From assembly GCA_964434255.1 (NCBI GenBank), contig CAYSUL010000001.1, positions 269,683-311,721 on the forward strand: 42,039 bases of DNA, in the 5' to 3' direction. This document shows, one piece after another, positions 26,785 through 33,405 of the stretch; positions within the stretch are counted from its first letter, which is position 1; each line of letters begins with the position of its first letter. Under the pieces are notes generated by a model. That model worked only from the letters and a program-made list of their open reading frames with translations. It did no database searches and was not told the origin of the DNA. The translations under genes and the position numbers were made by a program. This stretch comes from an uncultured Candidatus Saccharibacteria bacterium. GTDB taxonomy: Bacteria > Patescibacteriota > Minisyncoccia > Phycocordibacterales > Phycocordibacteraceae.

Positions 26785-27604
26785 TATGACGCTCGTGGCG
26801 TACGTAGCTTCACCGCACGCTGGCTACCTGAAGCTCTTCCGGAAGTATCCCGGAGCGGTACTCTACGTGCTCGGGCCAGAATTCATCAGTGAATTCCCCT
26901 CGCTCACCCGGCATCTTCCGGGTAACGAACCTGAGGAAGCTCGTACGATGATCGAGGCTCTCGGTATCTTTCGCGAAGTGAAGGTGCTCCGGCCGGGCAT
27001 GCAGGGCGGGCTTGTTGGCCTCATAACGATGCCGGACGAGGATGTGTCACACGCGTTCGCAAGTAAGTATCTTCCAGATGCCGATATTTCCTTTGATGGG
27101 GAGTGGCGACTCAGGTGGGATTGGGCAGCCGTAGCTGCTCCGCAGGCTTCTACAAGCGATGAGCTTGTCTCGGAAGATGAGCTGGATCAAAATCTTCTTG
27201 GGCGTGCGACGGTCAGCTCACTTCGGAGTCCAGACTGGTGGCGACAGGTCGGTGCACTACTTGCGCGTGACGGGAATGCTATTCTCACCGCGTACAACAC
27301 GCATCTTCCATCGGAACAGAGCAACTATCTGCTCGGCGATCCGCGAAGCAACTTTGGTCCGGGGGAGAACATCGATATTTCTGCTGCACTACATGCGGAG
27401 ATAGGGGTGCTTACGGAAGCTGCGCGAAGAGGGATATCAACGGAGGGATGTGATCTCTATGTCACCACGTTCCCTTGTCCGCCCTGTGCATACGCGGTGG
27501 CAAATGCGGGTATTAAACGGCTCTTCTATGCTGACGGATATTCGCTCATCGCTGGTCGAGATGCCCTGGCTTCCCGTGGCGTGAAGATCATAAGGGTCAC
27601 GTGA
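26777..27604 (+). CDS. dCMP deaminase-family protein with an extra N-terminal domain
   Basis: S.DWWRQVGA, HAE, LYVTTFPCPPC zinc motif. About 130-aa N-terminal extension. Overlaps the stop of the upstream gene. Confidence 0.88.
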   Translation: MPDMTLVAYVASPHAGYLKLFRKYPGAVLYVLGPEFISEFPSLTRHLPGNEPEEARTMIEALGIFREVKVLRPGMQGGLVGLITMPDEDVSHAFASKYLPDADISFDGEWRLRWDWAAVAAPQASTSDELVSEDELDQNLLGRATVSSLRSPDWWRQVGALLARDGNAILTAYNTHLPSEQSNYLLGDPRSNFGPGENIDISAALHAEIGVLTEAARRGISTEGCDLYVTTFPCPPCAYAVANAGIKRLFYADGYSLIAGRDALASRGVKIIRVT

Positions 27605-27606
27605 CC

Positions 27607-27634
27607 ACTCCCTTGCCTGCGATGGCAAGGGAGT
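27607..27634. terminator. hairpin between convergent deaminase and HIT genes
   Basis: ACTCCCTTGCC-tgcgat-GGCAAGGGAGT. Confidence 0.6.
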
Positions 27635-28107
27635 TACTTTTTACCCTTGAATCCAATAAGTGCGGTGATGGGCTGGGTATCCTTCGTGCGTAGTGCTCCC
27701 ATTACTATTTGAGCGTGAAGATGCCGTACAGATGCCCCAGTACGGCGCATGTCTCCTGAGCGCATGAAAAGGGTGCATCCGGTCAATCCGTGCTCCTTAG
27801 ATAGTTTTGCGAATGCCTTGCCGAGGTCGGTCCAGGCGCTGTCTGGAAGCTCTGCTGCATTCTCGGTGTGCTTTCGATAGATGAGGAGAAAATGGTGTTT
27901 TGCACCCTCGTATTTCCACGCATTCCTGGTCGCAAGCCAATGGGTCGTTTTGAATAAGAGAGCTTCAGAATGATGCCGGAAAAGGTTCTCTTCGCAGAAC
28001 GGACAATGACCCTCTTCGACAATGCGAGTGAGAGCATCGGCATAATCACTACGGCTTACAAGCAAGGCGTTATTAATGCTCACTTGAAGTGTTCGTTTTC
28101 GGGCCAT
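27634..28107 (-). CDS. HIT-superfamily protein with HxHxQ motif
   Basis: CPFC, N..KY....HFLLI..KH, GASVRHLHAQI. Starts 2 nt after the thyA stop. Confidence 0.82.
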   Translation of the reverse strand: MARKRTLQVSINNALLVSRSDYADALTRIVEEGHCPFCEENLFRHHSEALLFKTTHWLATRNAWKYEGAKHHFLLIYRKHTENAAELPDSAWTDLGKAFAKLSKEHGLTGCTLFMRSGDMRRTGASVRHLHAQIVMGALRTKDTQPITALIGFKGKK

Positions 28108-28109
28108 GA

Positions 28110-28982
28110 TTACGGACGATAGGGAATCGCCATCCGCGGATGCGGATCATAATCTTCGATAGAAAAATGCTCGGTTCTAAAATCGAATAGATTCTTTATA
28201 TTCGGGTCGAGCTTCATTGTCGGGAAGGGTCGTGGGTCGCGCTGAACGAGCTCCCGTACTTTCTCTACCTGATCTTCGTAGATATGTGCATCAGAAAAAC
28301 TGTGCACATAATTACCAGGACGATAGCCGGTGACCTGGCAAATCATAAGCAGCAAAGACGCATATTGGATCATGTTCGATGGAACTCCTATGGGCATGTC
28401 TGCCGATCGCTGGTCCATACGCATATGGAGTCGGTCGCCAATCACTCGGAAATGGAGCCATCCATGGCAAGGAGCCACGATAACCTTCCTCCGGTCACCG
28501 CGAGCGGTGTAGTACGGTTTCCATGGCGTCACGAGGTGAGTGCGTACGGAAGGATAGGTGCGTATTTGTTCGATAACTTGCGCGAACTGATTCAACGTCC
28601 CTCCCTCTGGTATCTCAAAGTCATGAAAGGCTGCACCGTAAGAACCCGGACCAAGATCGTCGGCTTCGAGTCCAAGTTCGGTACCCTTACCGTAATAGTC
28701 CTTCCAAAAGTCACAGCCGAACGCCTCGAGTTCCGGGATACGTCGAGCGCCATTCATGAAGGCAATTATTTCTGAAACCGGCTTCTTCCAGAAGCTGATA
28801 CCGCGTTCCGTGATGAGCGGCACGCCATTTTCGAGATCGAAAACCATAGGCTGGAGTGTTCCGAAACAAGTCAGTGCGCCGATTCCTTGAGGGGTGTCCT
28901 TTACAAGTTCGCCGTGCTCAAGAATGAATGCGAGCCGATCTCGATATTGGGTGTCAGGCGTTCGCTCAGCGAAAGGCTTCAT
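28110..28982 (-). CDS. thyA: thymidylate synthase (divergent ThyA)
   Basis: FDL..G.PLIT, DLGPGSYG, APCH, QRSAD..IGVPSN, DAHIYE, YDPHP. Confidence 0.9.
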   Translation of the reverse strand: MKPFAERTPDTQYRDRLAFILEHGELVKDTPQGIGALTCFGTLQPMVFDLENGVPLITERGISFWKKPVSEIIAFMNGARRIPELEAFGCDFWKDYYGKGTELGLEADDLGPGSYGAAFHDFEIPEGGTLNQFAQVIEQIRTYPSVRTHLVTPWKPYYTARGDRRKVIVAPCHGWLHFRVIGDRLHMRMDQRSADMPIGVPSNMIQYASLLLMICQVTGYRPGNYVHSFSDAHIYEDQVEKVRELVQRDPRPFPTMKLDPNIKNLFDFRTEHFSIEDYDPHPRMAIPYRP

Positions 28983-29035
28983 TTGCCCCAATACTATCAC
29001 CCGGCTCGCAGATGCGAGAGTGCTACAATCCGGCC

Positions 29036-29464
29036 ATGAATGTACCAATCCGCCGCTTCGACCCAGAGGTCCCGCTCCCTGAATACAAGACCGAAGGGGC
29101 TGCAGCAATGGATTGCTATGTACGCGAAGACGTCACGATAGAAGCAAAGAGTATCGGATATGCTCAATTGAATTTCGCGCTCCAGGTCCCTCCTGGCCAC
29201 TTCACCATGCTTGCGGCGCGGAGCTCTCTCCATAAGCGCGGGCTCATGATGGGAAATGGTATCGGTATCCTCGATGAGGATTATCGCGGGAACGACGACG
29301 AATTCAAGGCGGTCCTCTATAACTTCACGGATGCGCCGGTAGAGGTGAAGCGGGGGGAGCGAGTGGTCCAAATAGTCATTCTTCCTTTCGATCGCGTAAC
29401 GCTTATGGAAGTCGAGTCGCTTGAGGGGAATTCGCGTGGAGGGCTGGGCACGACAGGTCTCTAG
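29036..29464 (+). CDS. dut: dUTP diphosphatase (trimeric type)
   Basis: AAAMD, ARSS, GILDEDYRG, GERVVQ, RGGLGTTG. Confidence 0.94.
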   Translation: MNVPIRRFDPEVPLPEYKTEGAAAMDCYVREDVTIEAKSIGYAQLNFALQVPPGHFTMLAARSSLHKRGLMMGNGIGILDEDYRGNDDEFKAVLYNFTDAPVEVKRGERVVQIVILPFDRVTLMEVESLEGNSRGGLGTTGL

Positions 29465-29535
29465 CTTGAGCTAATTGACCGTGCGAGGCATGATGGACGG
29501 CGGACCTTGTTTCTGCCTCAAAGGAGACGTTTGTC

Positions 29536-29940
29536 ATGGATATCCATCCAGCGCCTCCCGAGGCGCGATTCCTTCGAGCCCTACCGCTTATAGGGAAAGC
29601 TCGATACCAAAGGGAAGTGCCGCTCGCAGCTGCGCCACACATCGTTAACTGCTATAGAACCGTGCAGTGGTCATGGCTACCGTATCGCGAGCTGCCGGAC
29701 CATCTCCTTGCGTGGGAAGGTGCCCACGCGGTTCCTATCGAACTGATCGCCCCTGATGATCTAGTCTTCGCGCCGCGCCGCCGCTATCGGCTCGAGGAAG
29801 ACGACTTCGGTCACGTGGGCATGATGACGGATGTGGGCACTGTCGTTCACGCCACGAAATGGAAACGAGGGGTCGTTGAAGACCCCCTTGAAGAATTCCT
29901 CAGTCGCGGATGCCTCGGCATACGACGCATCCCGACCTAA
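29536..29940 (+). CDS. NlpC/P60 (C40) peptidase-like protein
   Basis: AAAGGAG Shine-Dalgarno. IVNC (catalytic Cys position), DLVF, GHVGM, VVHA. No signal peptide. Confidence 0.72.
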   Translation: MDIHPAPPEARFLRALPLIGKARYQREVPLAAAPHIVNCYRTVQWSWLPYRELPDHLLAWEGAHAVPIELIAPDDLVFAPRRRYRLEEDDFGHVGMMTDVGTVVHATKWKRGVVEDPLEEFLSRGCLGIRRIPT

Positions 29941-30055
29941 CCCCTGCTGCCGCCCCTCGGGCGGCAGCTTCCTTTTCAATTGGTATACTGTGCCCATCAC
30001 AACGGCTTATGGTGTAACGCGCTCCCCATTCTTTTATTAACGTATCCACCACACC

Positions 30056-31357
30056 ATGGATAATTACGACCACCTCAAGAACGAAGATAAGGAGATATAT
30101 GACGCGATAGCGGGGGAGGAACTACGCCAAGCGAACGGGCTCGAGCTCATTCCATCAGAGAACTACGTGTCGAAAGCGGTGCGCGAAGCGATGTCTTCCG
30201 GGCTCACCAACAAATACTCCGAAGGATATCCCGGCAAGCGCTACTACGGCGGCCAGGAATTCACGGACGAGATAGAGACCATCGCTATAGAGCGCGCGAA
30301 GAAGCTCTTCGGCGCCGACCATGCGAACGTGCAGCCGCTCGGGGGTGCAGCCACTAACATCGCAGCGTATTTCGCATGGCTCGAGCCGGGCGACACCATC
30401 CTCGGTATGGACCTCGCACATGGCGGCCACCTTACTCACGGCTCACCTGTGACCTACATGGCGCGTCTCTTCAACTTCGTCCGCTACGGCATGAAGGATG
30501 CGGACACCGGCGAGATAGATTACGACCTCATGCTCGAGGTCGCGAAGAAGGAACGACCTAAGATAGTGCTCGCAGGATTCTCGGGGTATCCCCGCGAACT
30601 CGACTGGCAGAAGATTTCCGACATCGCGCAGGAAGTGGGAGCGGTCGCGATGGCGGATGTCGCGCATATCGCGGGACTCATCGCAGGAGGCGCCGCAAAG
30701 AATCCGTTCGACTACGGGTTCCATATCGTGACCACCACCACCCACAAGACCCTGCGTGGCCCGCGCGGCGGCATGATCCTCACGAAGGGTACGATCTCGA
30801 CGCCGCTCAAGGCGCCGGAGAAGACCATTGAGAACCTTCCGACCCTCGTGGACCGCAGTGTATTCCCCGGGTTCCAGGGAGGCCCTCATATGCATCAGAT
30901 AGCGGCGAAGGCTGTGATGCTGCATGAGGCTGCACAACCATCATTCTCTACATACGCACATCAGGTGGTGAAGAATGCGAAAGCGATGGCGGAAGTGTTC
31001 ACCGACGACGGCGTGCGCCTCATTGCGGGCGGTACTGATAACCATCTCATCCTTGCGGACGTATTCACTTCGTTCGGGGTGGGGGGAGCTGAAGCGGAGA
31101 CACTGCTTGATAAGGCGGGGATGACGCTGAATAAGAATTCGATAGCGGGCGACACCCGGAAGCCGTTCGACCCATCAGGAATCCGTTTCGGTACTCCGGC
31201 CATGACTACGCGCGGGTTCCTCGAAGAAGACTCTCGCGAGGTCGCACGTCTCATGCTCGAGGTGCTGAAGAGTCGTGATGACGTGACTGTCGCCTCTGTT
31301 CGCGCAAGAGTGACTGCGCTCGCGCAGGCACACCCGATTCCTGAGTCGTTCGTATAA
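30056..31357 (+). CDS. glyA: serine hydroxymethyltransferase
   Basis: LIPSENY, NKYSEGYPGKRYYGG, HGGHLTHG, TTTTHKTLRGPRGG, SGIRFGTPA. Confidence 0.97.
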   Translation: MDNYDHLKNEDKEIYDAIAGEELRQANGLELIPSENYVSKAVREAMSSGLTNKYSEGYPGKRYYGGQEFTDEIETIAIERAKKLFGADHANVQPLGGAATNIAAYFAWLEPGDTILGMDLAHGGHLTHGSPVTYMARLFNFVRYGMKDADTGEIDYDLMLEVAKKERPKIVLAGFSGYPRELDWQKISDIAQEVGAVAMADVAHIAGLIAGGAAKNPFDYGFHIVTTTTHKTLRGPRGGMILTKGTISTPLKAPEKTIENLPTLVDRSVFPGFQGGPHMHQIAAKAVMLHEAAQPSFSTYAHQVVKNAKAMAEVFTDDGVRLIAGGTDNHLILADVFTSFGVGGAEAETLLDKAGMTLNKNSIAGDTRKPFDPSGIRFGTPAMTTRGFLEEDSREVARLMLEVLKSRDDVTVASVRARVTALAQAHPIPESFV

Positions 31358-31419
31358 TGAGCACTCCTTCAAGAAAGCGCCCGCTACGAAGCGGGCGCTT
31401 TCTTTGCTAGAGTGGCCGT

Positions 31420-33063
31420 ATGGAAGACCGGATACGGCAAGCAGTTCAGGCGGCCCTTATGACGCTCGGAGCGGAGGATGTTGCCTTTGCGGTCGAATGG
31501 CCGGGAGACCTCGCGCATGGCGACTTCGCGACCAATGCCGCGCTCGCGGCCGCTAAGCCGCTCGGGAAGGGACCTCGCGAGATAGCGGATGCGCTCGTGC
31601 CGCTCATCAAAGAGGCACTCGGGGACGCTGCGAGCTCAGTGGAAGCGGCTGGTCCCGGGTTCGTGAATATTACGCTCGCACCGGAGGCGATTGCAGCCGT
31701 TGTTGGAATTGCGGCGAAGGAACCGAGTGTTTGGGGCATGGGAGATGCTAATGCCGGGAAGCGTGTGATGGTTGAATACACCGACCCGAACCCGTTCAAG
31801 GAAATGCACATCGGTCACCTAATGAGCAATGTCATCGGCGAATCCATCTCTCGGCTCGTGGAATTCTCCGGAGCAACAACGATGCGCGCGAACTATGAGG
31901 GTGATGTCGGTCCGCATGTCGCCAAGGCGATATGGGGTCTCCAGAAGAAAGGCATCAGTGAGCCCGCGACTGCGGAAGAGCTCGGTCATGCGTACGCTCA
32001 AGGGTCGCGCGCATACGACGAATCGCCAGAAGTGAAAGGGGAAGTGGATGCCATCAACCGCGCCATCTACGAAGGAACCGACCACGAGCTCATGGAGCTG
32101 TGGCGGAAGGGCAGGGATGTATCGCTCGCAGCATTCGAGGAGCTGTACCGCACGCTCGGCACCACGTTCGACTACTATTTCTTCGAGAGCGAAACCTCGA
32201 AGCCCGGGCTCGATATCGTGCGGGAGCATACACCCTCTGTATTCGAGGAGAGCGAAGGCGCCGTTATATACAAAGGCGAGAAGAAAGGACTGCACACGCT
32301 CGTGTTCATCACGTCGTACGGCACGCCGACCTATGAAGCGAAGGACATAGGGCTCGCGTTCCTCAAGGAGGAACGGTGGCCATCCGATATTTCGATAATC
32401 ATCACGGCTGCCGAGCAGATAGGACACTTCAAGGTCATGTTTGCCGCACTTGAGGAGGTGGCTCCATCGCTTGCCGCAAAGACGGTGCACGTTCCGCACG
32501 GCTTCCTGCGCCTCGCCTCAGGGAAGATGTCGTCGCGCGAAGGGACCATCATCACCGCAGCATCGCTCATTAATGATGTCGTTGCGAAGACGAGCGAGCG
32601 AAACGAGGACCCACTCATTGCGGAGCAGGTAGCGCTCGCGGCAATTAAGTATTCGATACTCAAGCAGTCAGCGGGCTCGGATATCATCTTCGACTTTGAC
32701 CAATCACTCTCGCTCGAGGGTGATTCGGGTCCGTACCTTCAGTACGCGTGCGTGCGCGCGCAGTCCATCATTACCACAGCGGGTGATAAGAAGGTGGGAG
32801 AGAGCCCGGAGAAGCCATTCGATATCGAGCGGCTCATCACCCGATTCCCCGAAGTCGCTGCAAGAGCGGAACGCGAACGAGCGCCGCACCATGTCGCGCA
32901 GTACCTCACGCAGCTTGCCGGCGAATGGAACTCCTTCTATGCGAAGGAACGCATCATCGATGGGGAGCATGAGGCATACAAGTTGAGGCTTGCGAAAGCA
33001 TTTGTCGCTACGATGAGGAATGGCCTGACGCTTCTGGGTATTCCGGTGCCGGAGCGGATGTAG
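31420..33063 (+). CDS. argS: arginine--tRNA ligase
   Basis: HGDFATN, GPGFVN, EYTDPNPFKEMHIGH, KMSSREG, GDSGPYLQY, LGIPVPERM. Confidence 0.96.
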   Translation: MEDRIRQAVQAALMTLGAEDVAFAVEWPGDLAHGDFATNAALAAAKPLGKGPREIADALVPLIKEALGDAASSVEAAGPGFVNITLAPEAIAAVVGIAAKEPSVWGMGDANAGKRVMVEYTDPNPFKEMHIGHLMSNVIGESISRLVEFSGATTMRANYEGDVGPHVAKAIWGLQKKGISEPATAEELGHAYAQGSRAYDESPEVKGEVDAINRAIYEGTDHELMELWRKGRDVSLAAFEELYRTLGTTFDYYFFESETSKPGLDIVREHTPSVFEESEGAVIYKGEKKGLHTLVFITSYGTPTYEAKDIGLAFLKEERWPSDISIIITAAEQIGHFKVMFAALEEVAPSLAAKTVHVPHGFLRLASGKMSSREGTIITAASLINDVVAKTSERNEDPLIAEQVALAAIKYSILKQSAGSDIIFDFDQSLSLEGDSGPYLQYACVRAQSIITTAGDKKVGESPEKPFDIERLITRFPEVAARAERERAPHHVAQYLTQLAGEWNSFYAKERIIDGEHEAYKLRLAKAFVATMRNGLTLLGIPVPERM

Positions 33064-33142
33064 ATAACCTGGTTGCGTATAAGGGTGGGGCGGAGTAATG
33101 TAGCCAACGTGTTGCATACGCACACGTAATGGGGAGGTTCGC

Positions 33143-33316
33143 TTGACTAAGCACATTCATTCGGAAGCCGTCGACGGTCACCCGTCGCACAATCGCTCGC
33201 ACGTGGTCGCTTTGGGCGACCAGCAGCGCCGGGATGCGCTGCGGTATGCCGAGGGCAGGGCCGCGCCGAATGCGCGCCAGAAGCTGGCGGAGCAATACGG
33301 CGGCATCCGACGATAA
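33143..33316 (+). CDS. possible small protein (57 aa, TTG start) within a hairpin-rich intergenic region
   Basis: GGGGAGG 5 nt before TTG, then [57 protein letters not shown]. Terminator at 33338-33376. Confidence 0.4.
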   Translation: MTKHIHSEAVDGHPSHNRSHVVALGDQQRRDALRYAEGRAAPNARQKLAEQYGGIRR

Positions 33317-33405
33317 GGGGAGGGGCCGACACGGCCCACGGGTCCGCCGCGCAAGCGTCGGACCCGTTTCCTTTTTATGAAGCAAGACGATACGATAGGA
33401 AAATC

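Noticed and set aside
26777-27604. Deaminase as a stand-alone anti-phage dCTP-depletion system
   Set aside because: No P-loop kinase domain is visible, and the context (thyA, dut, folA) points to nucleotide supply. Not formally excluded.
33081-33093. AAGGGTGG as a possible T-box upstream of ileS
   Set aside because: Lacks the following NACC and lies about 250 nt from the terminator, so it cannot form the antiterminator.
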